Origin: a virus
Taxonomy: Duplodnaviria > Caudoviricetes
Length of the DNA stretch: 36,481 bases
Direction: 5' to 3' (one strand)
IMG/VR virus record: IMGVR_UViG_3300037424_000062
Coordinates: 1-36,481 of that record
Both the position numbers and the translations under genes were made by a program. Below are positions 13,330 through 24,040 of the stretch, in pieces (the stretch's first letter is position 1; every line of letters starts with the position of its first letter). The notes under the pieces were generated by a model. That model was not told the origin of the DNA and ran no database searches. It saw only the letters and a list, made by a program, of their open reading frames with translations.

Positions 13330-15161
13330 CCGGTAAATCATTAGAACTCGTCGGAGACATCATACAGCCAGATCAACTGGCTTCTGAGCTTGCGCGTCAA
13401 TGGATGACGTTCGAGAACATGCGTATGCCGTGGAAGCGGAATATGGAAGAAGTTATGCGGTATCTATACGCTACGGATACTACATCGACCACCAATTCAA
13501 GCCTTCCGTGGAAGAACAAGACAACTATTCCAAAGCTCTGTCAGATTTCTGATAACCTATATTCTAACTATACGCTGACAATCGCACCCAAGGACAAATA
13601 CGTCTTCTGGTTGGCTTCTACTAAAGACGCCGCAAGCTTCAAGCAGGCTAAGAAGATTACTAACCTGTCTAAATATTGGATGCGTCAGCCTCAGTTTAAA
13701 CAACAGCTCTTTAAGTGTATCCTCCAGTACATCCAGAAGGGTAACGCTATCGCGATGCCTGAGTGGGTGGATGGTCGTGTGCAGCAGGAAGACAAGACAC
13801 AAGTAGGCTATACCGGACCGATGTTCAGAGCTCTCAACGCTCTTGATGTCGTTTGTAACCCGGCCGCTGACAATTGGGTGGCTTCTCCGAAGTTCGTTCG
13901 CACCATCATGAGCATGGGCGAACTCAAGGATTACCTTGAGAAGAAGAGCAATGATGAAAACCGTGAGGCTTATCAAGCTCTGTTCGACTATCTCAAAGAG
14001 ATACGCGCGCGTGCGCGAGGTCTCTATGGAGAGTGGGTCGAAAGAGATGCTCTTTACGAAATGGACGGCTTTGGTTCCTTCCAGCAATACCTTCTTACAA
14101 ACACAGTCGAAGTAATAACTTTCTATGGAGATTACTACAGTGCAGAAGAAGATGTCTTTTATAAGAACCGTGTCATCACATTTGTGGACCGGCACAAGAT
14201 TATGGATAACAAAGCGAATCCCTCCTTCTTTGGCTACGCGCCGATCTTCCATGCGCCGTGGCGGACAAGGGTGGATAACCTCTGGGGTATGGGTCCGCTT
14301 GAAAACCTGATTGGTCTGCAATACAAAATAGACCATCTGGAAAACATGAAAGCGGATATGATGGATCTTTCCACGTATCCTGTCCAGAAAATTAAGGGAT
14401 TTGTCGAAGACTTCACTTGGCAACCCGGCGAAAAGATCTTTATTGAAGGCGATAGCGACGTAGAACTCCTGCAGCCTAACATCAGCATTCAAGCCCTGGT
14501 ACAAGAAATCCAGATGTATATGGCGCTGATGGAGGAAATGGCAGGTGCACCTAAGGAGGCCATGGGCTTCCGTTCTCCCGGAGAAAAAACCAAGTACGAA
14601 GTACAGCGGTTGGAGAATGCCGCTTCGCGGATCTTCCAGAATAAGATCAATCAATTTGAGGAGTTTATCCTCGAACCCATGCTGAATGCGATGCTTGAAC
14701 TTCAACGCCGCAATATGACTAGCACCATCACCATTCCTGTCATAGACGAGGATTATGGAACAGTTGACTTCGAAGAGATCTCAATTGACGACATCACAGG
14801 TAATGGTCGGATTGTCGTACGCGGTGCGAGACACTTCGCAGAGCAAGCAGAAACTATACAGAACCTCCAAGGTTTGGCTCAAAGCCCGGTTTGGCAGTTC
14901 ATCATGCCACACTTCTCGAGTGTGAATACCGCCAAGATGTACAACGAGATCTTTGATCTAGATGACTATAACATTGTCATTCCGTACATCAACATTGCTG
15001 AACAGGCCGACGCTCAGCGTCAGGCTCAAGCTCTGCAAGAACAGCTCCACATGGAGACTATGACGGCTTCAGGAATGGGAGATGACCGTGATCTCGGCCC
15101 CGAGGAACAGCAGATGATGCAACAGCAGGCTATGCAACAGGCAGGAGCCATGAATGGATAG
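13326..15161 (+). CDS. Portal (head-tail connector) protein
   Basis: 611 aa following terL. Motifs LPWKNKTTIPKLCQI, WGMGPLENLIGLQ and MEEMAGAPKEAMGFRSPGEKT, with a Gln-rich C-terminus. Confidence 0.9.
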   Translation: MTGKSLELVGDIIQPDQLASELARQWMTFENMRMPWKRNMEEVMRYLYATDTTSTTNSSLPWKNKTTIPKLCQISDNLYSNYTLTIAPKDKYVFWLASTKDAASFKQAKKITNLSKYWMRQPQFKQQLFKCILQYIQKGNAIAMPEWVDGRVQQEDKTQVGYTGPMFRALNALDVVCNPAADNWVASPKFVRTIMSMGELKDYLEKKSNDENREAYQALFDYLKEIRARARGLYGEWVERDALYEMDGFGSFQQYLLTNTVEVITFYGDYYSAEEDVFYKNRVITFVDRHKIMDNKANPSFFGYAPIFHAPWRTRVDNLWGMGPLENLIGLQYKIDHLENMKADMMDLSTYPVQKIKGFVEDFTWQPGEKIFIEGDSDVELLQPNISIQALVQEIQMYMALMEEMAGAPKEAMGFRSPGEKTKYEVQRLENAASRIFQNKINQFEEFILEPMLNAMLELQRRNMTSTITIPVIDEDYGTVDFEEISIDDITGNGRIVVRGARHFAEQAETIQNLQGLAQSPVWQFIMPHFSSVNTAKMYNEIFDLDDYNIVIPYINIAEQADAQRQAQALQEQLHMETMTASGMGDDRDLGPEEQQMMQQQAMQQAGAMNG

Positions 15162-15426
15162 ACGTTGGACTAGTCATATTCACGATAATGACGAGAAGCA
15201 ACGCTTCTGTCAGTACATAAAAGGATCCAAGAGTGTTCTCGAAAGACTCTCTGAGATCATTGTTGACTTCGAGCTTCATCTCGAAGATCAGGAAATTGAC
15301 GTCAACTCTTACGATAGCCCTGCTTGGGCTTATCGGCAAGCGGATAATATCGGCTATCGCCGAGCTCTCCGTCAAATACTTAAAATCATAAACCTAGACC
15401 AAAAGGAAAAAACTAATGGCGGATAG
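15154..15426 (+). CDS. Conserved small protein between portal and scaffold
   Basis: YDSPAWAYRQADNIGYRRAL motif and its position between portal and scaffold. Confidence 0.8.
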   Translation: MDRRWTSHIHDNDEKQRFCQYIKGSKSVLERLSEIIVDFELHLEDQEIDVNSYDSPAWAYRQADNIGYRRALRQILKIINLDQKEKTNGG

Positions 15427-16189
15427 CCTCTTCGACCAAGAAGACAACAATACAGATTACCTCCAAGAACTCACTAAGCCCGGTGCTAAGTTTGATCGCT
15501 CAAAGTATGCCACTGAGGCAGAAATGTATCAAGCAATCGCTAAAGGCAAGTACCTTGGAGACAGAACAATTGAAATGCAGAACCAACGCTTCGATGAACT
15601 CCGTGAGGATTTTCTCGTTGAACGTTCTGAAAATACTGCGAAAGACAGCTTCGAACAACTCAGAGAGACCCTTCTGAACCGTAAGCCTGAGCAAAAGTCC
15701 GACAACACCAACAAGGACCTGCCGTCTTCGCTCAGCCGCGAGGAAGCTCTTTCACTCTTTCAACAGCAGTTCAATGAACTGAAGAAGAAAGAAGCTGAAG
15801 AGTCCAATCTTCGTCAAGCTGAAACCCTCCTGAAGCAACGTTTTGGCGATGATGCCAAGAAGGTCTTCCGGGAGAAAATGAATACTCTCGAACTCTCTGA
15901 TGAGGACGTCAAGTTCCTTGCGAGGAAGTCTCCACAAGCGCTCATCAACGCTCTGGGACTGTCTAATGACCAAACCGAACATTACGAAGCTCCCCCGCGA
16001 TCCAGTCTCCGAAGCGACAACTTCAAACCAAAGGTTGAGATCCGCGATGCCGTTTATTATGAAAAACTGCGTCAGGAAAAACCCAAAGAGTACTTCAGTG
16101 AAAAAGTCTCAGTCCAACGACTCAAAGACATGGACGATCCAGATTTTCTGTCTCGTATCCAGGAACGTGATCGGAGGGCTAATTTTTAA
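15416..16189 (+). CDS. Capsid scaffolding protein
   Basis: 257 aa, highly charged and helical, directly upstream of the major capsid gene. Confidence 0.75.
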   Translation: MADSLFDQEDNNTDYLQELTKPGAKFDRSKYATEAEMYQAIAKGKYLGDRTIEMQNQRFDELREDFLVERSENTAKDSFEQLRETLLNRKPEQKSDNTNKDLPSSLSREEALSLFQQQFNELKKKEAEESNLRQAETLLKQRFGDDAKKVFREKMNTLELSDEDVKFLARKSPQALINALGLSNDQTEHYEAPPRSSLRSDNFKPKVEIRDAVYYEKLRQEKPKEYFSEKVSVQRLKDMDDPDFLSRIQERDRRANF

Positions 16190-16210
16190 CTCTAACTCTA
16201 GGAATAAACT

Positions 16211-17173
16211 ATGGCTGGTATGATGACTAGCAACACGCAGTATACGACAAGGACTACGGTCTTTTCGTCTGACATTACGTCACTGCTGTTGGATGATCTC
16301 AATGCTCAGCAGTTTGTCCGTACTCTCAACAACTTCCCCGATGGTTACAACTTCAAGTTGCCGATCATTGGTGAGGCTCAGGTGCAGCTCTATAATGAGG
16401 GCACGCAGCTGAAGTATGACTCGCTCGACACTGGTGAATTTACGTTTAACTTCACTGATTATGTCTACTCGGGTCATTCTATGTCTGAGAAGTTCAAGCG
16501 TGATTCGTGGCTTGCGCCACAGATCGTCGCTATGTTCCCGCAACGCGAACACCGCGCTCTCATGGAATACTATGAGACCCGTGTTTGGCAGACCGGTAAC
16601 GCTGGACAGGCAGCAAGCTCTCTGAACGCAATTAACGGTGCGTCTCACCGTTGGGTTGCTTCAGGCACCACTCCGGCGCTTAGCTTCCAGGACTTCTCCA
16701 AGGCGCGTTATGCCCTTGAGAAGGCGAACGTCAATGTTCGCAACCCTGTTGCTATCGTCGATCCCTCAACCGCTTACACCCTTGAAACTCAGGCGAACGT
16801 GACTAACCTCATGACGCCGAATGGTGAATGGCAGTCCGTGACCTCTAAGGGTCTGGTTTCTGGCTTTAAGTATCGTTTCCATGTCTATGGCTTCGATATC
16901 TATACCTCGAACTACCTCCCGACGATCACGAACGAGACCATTAACTCTGTTGCCTCGGGCTCTAACGCGGTCGCTAACTTCTTCTTCGACGCTTCTCCCG
17001 GCGACACCCTCCCTTGGGTTGGTGCTTGGCGGCAGATGCCCACTGTGCAGTCAATGTTTGATATGGACACGCAGTCAACCCGCTACGCAACTATTTGCGA
17101 ATTCGGTCTTGGCTTCTTCCGTCCTCAGAACTTCGTCACGGTGATTACGTCGAAGTCGGCAGTTCCGGCTTAA
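16211..17173 (+). CDS. Major capsid protein
   Basis: 320 aa. The segment FPDG.NFKLPIIG...LDTGEFTF resembles SIO1/VpV262-like capsids. Strong codon bias and expected position. Confidence 0.9.
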   Translation: MAGMMTSNTQYTTRTTVFSSDITSLLLDDLNAQQFVRTLNNFPDGYNFKLPIIGEAQVQLYNEGTQLKYDSLDTGEFTFNFTDYVYSGHSMSEKFKRDSWLAPQIVAMFPQREHRALMEYYETRVWQTGNAGQAASSLNAINGASHRWVASGTTPALSFQDFSKARYALEKANVNVRNPVAIVDPSTAYTLETQANVTNLMTPNGEWQSVTSKGLVSGFKYRFHVYGFDIYTSNYLPTITNETINSVASGSNAVANFFFDASPGDTLPWVGAWRQMPTVQSMFDMDTQSTRYATICEFGLGFFRPQNFVTVITSKSAVPA

Positions 17174-17183
17174 GGAGAACAAA

Positions 17184-17759
17184 ATGGTACAGTCTTATAT
17201 GGACAATTTTGGAACTTATCTCCAGTACGGCACTGATAAAGCATGGCCTGATGCATTTGGTGAATACCAAGTGTGGGGGCCCAACCGTATTATCGAAGGT
17301 CTGCTTGATTTGACGGGTGCGTCGTATAACACGCTCACTCTGTCAACATCCGCTTCTGCGCCTACGATCATCTCGAACACGACTTTCTTCCCGGCTATGC
17401 CTGCAGGAAAGATGTTTATTGAGAAGATCGAAGTCGTTTGCGAAACAGCTGCGGCCTCCGGTACGACATTCAACCTCGGCCTTATTCAGACGGATCGCGC
17501 AACGATTCCTTCTGGTTATGCGACGGGTTTGCTTTCAGCGGTTGCTACGGCTTCCTTTGATACGGCTGGTAAGCAGGTCACGTATTTCACTGGTGTTTCT
17601 GGCGTCGGCGCTCTCGTCGGCACAGGTCCCACTGAAGCTACGGGTCCTTACTACCTGACCTCACACAGCACTGGCACTTATACTGCTGGTCTTCTGCGTG
17701 TCCGTATCCATTGGCATCCGGTTATCGGTTCCACCATTGGCTCTAACATCAGCAAGTAA
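17184..17759 (+). CDS. Capsid decoration/cement-like virion protein
   Basis: 191 aa and beta-rich, with strong RBS TAAGGAG, immediately after the major capsid gene. Confidence 0.65.
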   Translation: MVQSYMDNFGTYLQYGTDKAWPDAFGEYQVWGPNRIIEGLLDLTGASYNTLTLSTSASAPTIISNTTFFPAMPAGKMFIEKIEVVCETAAASGTTFNLGLIQTDRATIPSGYATGLLSAVATASFDTAGKQVTYFTGVSGVGALVGTGPTEATGPYYLTSHSTGTYTAGLLRVRIHWHPVIGSTIGSNISK

Positions 17760-17770
17760 GGAATAAAACG

Positions 17771-18247
17771 ATGGGTGTTACTTACGATCTATCTGGTAAC
17801 GATCTCATTGTTAATTCTATTAAGACGGGGTCATCCTCGACGCAGACACAATCTTCGGCGTTCTTGATCCCTTCTTACGAAACTGTTGTTGATTTTCAAA
17901 ATCAGGTGGCTGCTGCGTCTTACGCAGTCTCCCACACGATTTTCGTGAATGACAACGTTTCCGGTACGTACAAGATTGTTGGAGCTTCGGCTGTCTTCGG
18001 TACGGCTTCTACCTCGGCTACACTTCAAGTTGAAGTCGCCACAGGTACGCAAGCTGTTGCTGCAGGCACCAACCAACTCACTGGTACGATGTCGCTCTCA
18101 GGCACGGCTAACACTACCGTCAATGGTACTGTTATCGCGTCTCCGACGACTATTACTGCAGGATCTAGAATTAACTTGATCTTTGCTGGTACTGTTACAA
18201 ACCTCGCTAACGCTTGTGTGAACATTGTTCTACAGCGCGTAAGCTAA
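17771..18247 (+). CDS. Virion structural protein (beta-sandwich, head-associated)
   Basis: 158 aa and Thr/Ala/Val-rich; last gene before the head-operon terminator. Confidence 0.6.
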   Translation: MGVTYDLSGNDLIVNSIKTGSSSTQTQSSAFLIPSYETVVDFQNQVAAASYAVSHTIFVNDNVSGTYKIVGASAVFGTASTSATLQVEVATGTQAVAAGTNQLTGTMSLSGTANTTVNGTVIASPTTITAGSRINLIFAGTVTNLANACVNIVLQRVS

Positions 18248-18253
18248 TAAATC

Positions 18254-18278
18254 GGGGAGGTTTAGGCCTCCCCTTTTT
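18254..18278 (+). terminator. Rho-independent terminator
   Basis: GGGGAGGT-TTAG-GCCTCCCC followed by TTTTT. Confidence 0.9.
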
Positions 18279-18290
18279 AAAAGGAAAACA

Positions 18291-20177
18291 ATGACAAAAA
18301 TAACGTTAACCGACCTAGTTAACCTCCAAAACGAAACTACGGCGGTTAACGCCATTAATAACAATAGCGATGCTATCGAAGCCGCATTCGACAATACTCT
18401 ATCTAGAGATGGCTCTGCGCCTAATCAGATGGAAGCTTTGATTGACATGAATAGCAATCGAATTGTAAATCTGCCTGAAGCTATCAGTGATCTGGAACCA
18501 CTTCGCGTGACCGATCTTGATGAATTCATTAACGGCACGCTGACTTTTGATCCACTCCCTTCTGGCGGTACAACTAATCAGGTCTTGGGTAAGGTTTCAA
18601 GTACTGACTATGATGTTTCTTGGCGAAGCTCTGGTCTGCCAACAGGCGGTACTGCAAATCAAACTATTCGGAAGAATTCAGGTACTGACTATGATGTCTC
18701 CTGGAGTACCGGAAATACCGTTACTTCTGTCGCAGACATTACAGCACTCAAGGCTCTAGATACAGCCATCTTCCAAGTTGCCAATCTAACCGCTGCAGGA
18801 AGGGCTGGCGTATTCATCTGGACCTTGGGTAATTTCTCTACCCATATTTCTTCAGATACCAACAACGGTGTGTATGTCAAGGCGGACAACAACGCAGCTA
18901 CTGTCGGTGCGTGGGTTCGTGTATTCGATTTTTTGAACTACTACACTAAATGGTTCGGTTCAGTGGCTGATTATAGCACTGATAATACTGCTATTATAAA
19001 TAATATCTTAAGTGTCGCCGACCTTCAAAATACATTGGTAACGCCTGGTGTACAAACAGCTGTCTTTATCAATATCGAGGGTGGTGTTAAGTTTGCTTCT
19101 CAAAACATCTCTTGGCTTCCTTCTGCAAACTGGGTCTTCTTTTATCTACGTTACTTTGCTAACAGTGATACCACTAAGGGTGTCTCTACTGGTGGTGGTG
19201 GTACTAATGAGTTAGCTACTCTCAGTGTCAATTCCGGTTATCCGGGAGATACTACTGGAGCTTTCGTTGCAGAAAATATCTTCGCAGGGCCACTTCATCC
19301 TGCTCAAGGTGTTAATCTTCAGAAGAATGTTGATGATTCTGTCTATAAACATAGCGGAACTACTCAGTCGATACAACCTAATGCTACGCTCAATGCAGCT
19401 ACAGCAACTACAGCTTACATCCGAGATGAAAATCTAGATCGTTTTCGAATTACTTATACTCGCTTTGGATCTACCGATCCAGTCAATGGAGTGTACATTC
19501 ATCTTCAGAATAGAACTACTGAACTAGTTGGTTCTGGGTTTAACGGAGCCGGCGCTTGGGGTGCTAACATTCCTGGTGTCAACACTGTTGTCCGTGGTGT
19601 TACCTCTAATTCTCGTTACGTAATCACCGGTTCATCTACAGATATCTTGAGCACTAATTGGATATCGGGCACAGCCATTCCCGGTGAGTTTCTCATGAGC
19701 GAACGCGCCATCTTTAAGGCAACTATAAGTGGCACTACTTTGACAGTCACCTCGATGCTTCAAGGTAGCGGTAATATCGCAGTAGGCCAACGCTTGGTCG
19801 GCATGTATGCTAATAACGGTATTACTGCTTCGACAACCATTACAGCGCTGGGTACGGGTACAGGCGGCACAGGTACGTATACGATTAATAACTCTCAGAC
19901 CAACACAGGCACTGAGATGATTTCAGGTTATGTTACTTCCAATTCAATTCAAGGCGGAGGTGTCGTCGATACAGATACTCTATATTCTCCAATTCTAATT
20001 GGTTTGGATGGTCTCTTTTACCATAATGACAACGTTTTGTTTCGAGGAAAAGTCGATCTCCAGAATGCTGCTGGAGCTGCTACAGCTACTTTAACGAACT
20101 CTCCTACAGCTGGTAATCCTACTAAATGGATTGCTATCTCTGACAACGGCGTAACTCGTCGTATACCTGCGTGGTGA
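18291..20177 (+). CDS. Tail fibre/spike protein 1
   Basis: 628 aa. N-terminal anchor (NTLSRDG..PNQM...DMNSNRI.NLP), two LP.GGT.NQ...K.S.TDYDVSW repeats and a Gly/Thr-rich body. Confidence 0.85.
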   Translation: MTKITLTDLVNLQNETTAVNAINNNSDAIEAAFDNTLSRDGSAPNQMEALIDMNSNRIVNLPEAISDLEPLRVTDLDEFINGTLTFDPLPSGGTTNQVLGKVSSTDYDVSWRSSGLPTGGTANQTIRKNSGTDYDVSWSTGNTVTSVADITALKALDTAIFQVANLTAAGRAGVFIWTLGNFSTHISSDTNNGVYVKADNNAATVGAWVRVFDFLNYYTKWFGSVADYSTDNTAIINNILSVADLQNTLVTPGVQTAVFINIEGGVKFASQNISWLPSANWVFFYLRYFANSDTTKGVSTGGGGTNELATLSVNSGYPGDTTGAFVAENIFAGPLHPAQGVNLQKNVDDSVYKHSGTTQSIQPNATLNAATATTAYIRDENLDRFRITYTRFGSTDPVNGVYIHLQNRTTELVGSGFNGAGAWGANIPGVNTVVRGVTSNSRYVITGSSTDILSTNWISGTAIPGEFLMSERAIFKATISGTTLTVTSMLQGSGNIAVGQRLVGMYANNGITASTTITALGTGTGGTGTYTINNSQTNTGTEMISGYVTSNSIQGGGVVDTDTLYSPILIGLDGLFYHNDNVLFRGKVDLQNAAGAATATLTNSPTAGNPTKWIAISDNGVTRRIPAW

Positions 20178-20180
20178 TAT

Positions 20181-21962
20181 ATGGCTAAACTTGTATTAAA
20201 TAATGTTGACAGTCTTCTGAACGAAACTACAGCCGAAGCTGCAATCAACGGCAATAGTGATCTTATCGAAGCTGCAATAGAAAATACCCTTTCGCGAGAT
20301 GGTACTCCTCCGAATGGTATGGAAAGTAATCTGGATATGAATTCTCACCAGATTATTAATCTTCCTGCTCCGGCTACGGTTAACTCTCCACTGCGTCTGC
20401 AGGAACTCGTTGACTTCACTGGCACTGGAACTATTTCAACTCTTCCAGCTGGCGGTACTACAAGCCAAGTTCTGGGTAAGAATTCCAACGTAGATTATGA
20501 TGTTTCTTGGAGGAATTCCGTTACTTCTGTCGGCTTGTCTCTTCCAGCAGATTTCAATATTACAGGTTCTCCTGTTACTACCACAGGAACATTAACAGGA
20601 ACGTATGCAACTACACCTACAGGAACTGGAGCTTTTGTTAAGGCTACGTCCCCGACGTTAGTTACACCAGACTTAGGAACGCCTACCGTTTTAGTCGGTA
20701 CTAATATAACAGGCACAGCTGCAGGTTTAACTGCGGGTAATGTTACTACTAATGCTAATCTTACTGGACCTATAACTTCAGTAGGAAATGCTACTTCTAT
20801 AGCCGCACAGACTGGAACAGGAACTACGTTTGTAGTTAATACTTCTCCGACATTAATCACTCCTGCCTTGGGTGTGGCGACAGCTACTTCACTAGCGACC
20901 GCTGGTGGAGACATATCAAATCTAGGAAGTGGATCTATAGCACGCTTCATAGTAAGCGCATCCAACAACATCGGTAAACTCTTCTCATGGCGTACCAACA
21001 ATGTCCAGAGATGGGCTGCTCGCGTTGATGGAAATGAAACTGGTGCTGATGCTGGCGGTGACTGGGCTCTTAGGCGATACAACGATGCCGGAACTTTTGT
21101 AGACAATGTACTTACGTTTGTAAGATCTACTGGCGCAGCTACTATGAAAGCCTTGACAGCAACGTCTTTCAATAAAGTTGCTATTACTGCTCCTGCTACT
21201 TCAGCCACTCTTACTATTCCGGATGGTGTTACATTGACTGGTCCTGCAGCAAGCGGTACAGCAATGACATTAGGCAACAATGAAACAGTCACTGGTGTCA
21301 AGACCTTTGGTGCAGCTGGTAACGTTGGTAAGCTTGTTGTCGCTGGTACTACCAGTGGTACAACAGTTATAAATGCTACAGCTGTTGCGTCCGGTACTCT
21401 AACTCTACCTGCGGTTACTGACACTTTGGTTGGTAAGGCTACGACAGATACTTTCACAAACAAGACGTTTAATACTGCTGCCGCTGGTAATGTTCTCCAA
21501 GTCAGCAATGTCACAGTCAGTGCTGGGCAATACCCAGGGGAACCAACTACTGGCAGTGCTACTGCTGGTAATGTCGGTGAATACGTTGAAGCTATTCTAG
21601 GTTCTGGTTCTGCTACGTCATTAACAACTGGAACAGCTAAGACTGTAACCAGTATTTCGCTAGGTGCGGGAGATTGGGATGTAAGACTTGTAGGTTCGTT
21701 TATTCCGGCTGGAACTACAAGTATTACTCAGCTTGGTGCATATATATCGCTAGTTAATAACACTGTTGATACAACCGCAGGAAGGTTCTGTCAAACTCCG
21801 ATGGCTGCAGTAGTCTCCGGTGGTCAAGGGTTTAGTATCGGAATTCCTCCGTATCGTTTCAGTCTATCTGGATCGACAACTATTTACTTAGTAGTGTCTG
21901 CGAACTTTACAGTCAGCACTCTGACTGCTTGGGGTATAATCTCCGCACGTCGCATTCGTTAA
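20181..21962 (+). CDS. Tail fibre protein 2
   Basis: 593 aa. Paralogous N-terminal anchor, two TSPTL.TP.LG repeats, a TDTLVGKATTDTFTNKT fibre motif and a C-terminal beta-sandwich. Confidence 0.85.
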   Translation: MAKLVLNNVDSLLNETTAEAAINGNSDLIEAAIENTLSRDGTPPNGMESNLDMNSHQIINLPAPATVNSPLRLQELVDFTGTGTISTLPAGGTTSQVLGKNSNVDYDVSWRNSVTSVGLSLPADFNITGSPVTTTGTLTGTYATTPTGTGAFVKATSPTLVTPDLGTPTVLVGTNITGTAAGLTAGNVTTNANLTGPITSVGNATSIAAQTGTGTTFVVNTSPTLITPALGVATATSLATAGGDISNLGSGSIARFIVSASNNIGKLFSWRTNNVQRWAARVDGNETGADAGGDWALRRYNDAGTFVDNVLTFVRSTGAATMKALTATSFNKVAITAPATSATLTIPDGVTLTGPAASGTAMTLGNNETVTGVKTFGAAGNVGKLVVAGTTSGTTVINATAVASGTLTLPAVTDTLVGKATTDTFTNKTFNTAAAGNVLQVSNVTVSAGQYPGEPTTGSATAGNVGEYVEAILGSGSATSLTTGTAKTVTSISLGAGDWDVRLVGSFIPAGTTSITQLGAYISLVNNTVDTTAGRFCQTPMAAVVSGGQGFSIGIPPYRFSLSGSTTIYLVVSANFTVSTLTAWGIISARRIR

Positions 21963-21971
21963 AGGATTAAT

Positions 21972-22760
21972 ATGAAACAGAATTATGAATTTGCAATTAA
22001 AGAACTTCTGAAGTCTGAAGGTGGGTACACGAATGATCCTTCTGACTCAGGTGGAGCTACTAACTTCGGTATTACCATCAAGGATTATCGAATGTACATC
22101 AATCGAAATGGTACGCCAGACGATGTCAAGAACATGACTGTCGCACAGGCTAAAGCCATTTATAAGTCTAAATATTGGGACGCACTCAATGGTGATAAAC
22201 TGGAAAGCGGTGTTGATTTCACTTGCTTCGATTACGGTGTTCTCGCTGGTCTTGGTAGGCCTCGCGCTTGCCTTGCAAAGTTTTCACATCTCACTGGCGA
22301 TAAGCTCATTGATGCTATAAACGACGAGAGAACCGGCTTCCTCACTCGTCTGGCTACTAACCGGCCGAAGGACAAGAAGTTCCTCCGTGGTTGGTTGCTC
22401 CGGACAGAACGTGTGCGTAAACAATCACACGATCTCCGTAAGAATAACTCAGTCGGACCTGTCATAGGTGGTTCAATAGCTGCTGGTGCTGCCGCTTCGA
22501 CAAGCTATTTTGGATGGATGCAAGCGCATCCTTATATGACTGTAGCGGCAATAACAGCCGGTGCAGCCGTAATTTGGTTCGTCGTGCATATGATCATCAA
22601 CAAAAATAAAGGAAAAGAAAATGCTTCAATATATCAAGACGAAGCTCCTGTCGATCCATCAGTGGTTCGTGGAGACAATTTGGAAACCGAGTTGGTCGAG
22701 GTTCCTGTCGTGGTCGGCAGCGATCCCCGGAGCGGCTCTGACAGCTCTGAGCTTCGCTAA
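21972..22760 (+). CDS. Endolysin, glycoside hydrolase family 108, with C-terminal hydrophobic segments
   Basis: Catalytic motif EGGYTNDPSDSGGATNFGIT, YKSKYWD, and the peptidoglycan-binding motif KFLRGWLLR. Confidence 0.92.
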   Translation: MKQNYEFAIKELLKSEGGYTNDPSDSGGATNFGITIKDYRMYINRNGTPDDVKNMTVAQAKAIYKSKYWDALNGDKLESGVDFTCFDYGVLAGLGRPRACLAKFSHLTGDKLIDAINDERTGFLTRLATNRPKDKKFLRGWLLRTERVRKQSHDLRKNNSVGPVIGGSIAAGAAASTSYFGWMQAHPYMTVAAITAGAAVIWFVVHMIINKNKGKENASIYQDEAPVDPSVVRGDNLETELVEVPVVVGSDPRSGSDSSELR

Positions 22761-22881
22761 CGACTTCATCTCGAACGGTCAGGTCAAGGAATATCTCTCT
22801 ATGGTGAACGTTCCAAAGACTGTAACTGTGACGATGGTTGTTCTTGGTTTGCTCGGCATTCTAGCTAAAGGCCGCGAATAA
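22621..22881 (+). CDS. Holin candidate (two hydrophobic segments)
   Basis: RBS AAGGA, 86 aa, inside the lysis cassette, with TAATG coupling to the next gene. Confidence 0.65.
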   Translation: MLQYIKTKLLSIHQWFVETIWKPSWSRFLSWSAAIPGAALTALSFANDFISNGQVKEYLSMVNVPKTVTVTMVVLGLLGILAKGRE

Positions 22882-23252
22882 TGTTCGGTTTGCTTGGATT
22901 GCTTCCGGGTTTGTTTGGTACCATCAATGGTATTACTAAGGCTATCTCGGATGAGCGTATTAAACGCATCCAGGCTAAGACTGAAGAAGAGCGTATAGCT
23001 TCTGATGAGCGTGTAAAGACGCTTGAGGCTAGACGCGCAATAGTGCTTGCAAAGTCAGGGCAGTGGGAAACCCGAGCCCTGATGTTTGCATTAGGTGTTG
23101 GTCCAGCTTTTATTCTGAACAAGATTTATATCTGGGACAAAGCTCTTGGGGACTGGACAGGAGGTCATACAGACAAACTGGATGACAATCTCTGGTGGGT
23201 CATCATTGCACAAATCGGTTTTTACTTCCTAGCGAGTGTAATTAGAAAATGA
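22881..23252 (+). CDS. Holin-like 3-TM membrane protein
   Basis: Hydrophobic N-terminus, a charged coil, then two C-terminal TM segments ending IGFYFLASVIRK. Confidence 0.65.
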   Translation: MFGLLGLLPGLFGTINGITKAISDERIKRIQAKTEEERIASDERVKTLEARRAIVLAKSGQWETRALMFALGVGPAFILNKIYIWDKALGDWTGGHTDKLDDNLWWVIIAQIGFYFLASVIRK

Positions 23253-24040
23253 AATTAACTCTCCTCGATTACGTCCAGAACATAGCTTCTGCTATGTCTT
23301 CAGATGAAGTCAACTCAATCTCTGATACAGTTGAGTCAATGCAAATAGCTGAAGTTGTCAAGACTACGTTCTTCAACATCATGGCCCGAGCTAATCTTCC
23401 TGAACAGAAGAAGCTCTTCCAGCTTGACAGCTCTGCGGATATCGCTCAACCAAATCTGATGTTCCTCCCTGAAGGCATTAAGACCATTGAATGGTTGAAG
23501 TACTATGACGCAGATACTGCTGCAACACAGTACAAGTACGTCACTCTAATTCCGCTTCAACAGTTCGTTGATTATGTTAATGGATTTGAACCGTCACAGA
23601 CTAACGTCGAAACTATGAATTTAACTATCGATAGTCAGACGTATCTATTTAGATACAGGACTGATATTCAGCCCTGTTATGCTACAGTTCTCTCAGATTA
23701 CTATGTAATTTTTGATGCTTATAACGATACCATTGACAGTACTCTTCAGTCTTCTAAGACAGAATGTTTTGGTCTAGAAGAGCCTGTTTGGTTGATGGAA
23801 GACACCTTCATTCCGCAGCTTGATGCTGCCCAAGTTCCTCTTCTGCTCAACGAGGCCAAAAGTTTAGCCTTCTTTGAGTTGAAGCAGACAAACCACCAGA
23901 AGGCTGAGCTAGAAGCTCGTCGTCAGTGGACTAGTCTTCAAAGAGATAAGTCAATAGACAACAAGCCGAGTTACTTTGACCAGCTTCCCGATTTCGGACG
24001 TAAAGGTACGTACTGGAGAGGCTCTGGTATTAAATGGTAA
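23249..24040 (+). CDS. Tail tubular protein A / head-tail adaptor
   Basis: 263 aa. Motifs TLLDYVQNIASAMSSDEVNSISDTVES and LLLNEAKS; expected position in podovirus gene order. Confidence 0.8.
   Translation: MKLTLLDYVQNIASAMSSDEVNSISDTVESMQIAEVVKTTFFNIMARANLPEQKKLFQLDSSADIAQPNLMFLPEGIKTIEWLKYYDADTAATQYKYVTLIPLQQFVDYVNGFEPSQTNVETMNLTIDSQTYLFRYRTDIQPCYATVLSDYYVIFDAYNDTIDSTLQSSKTECFGLEEPVWLMEDTFIPQLDAAQVPLLLNEAKSLAFFELKQTNHQKAELEARRQWTSLQRDKSIDNKPSYFDQLPDFGRKGTYWRGSGIKW

Noticed and set aside
13557-14705. 382-aa minus-strand ORF within the portal gene
   Set aside because: It is an antisense shadow in codon register with the portal gene, with no start signals.
20495-21514. 339-aa minus-strand Val/Pro/Ala-rich ORF
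   Set aside because: It mirrors the Thr/Gly/Ala codons of tail fibre 2.
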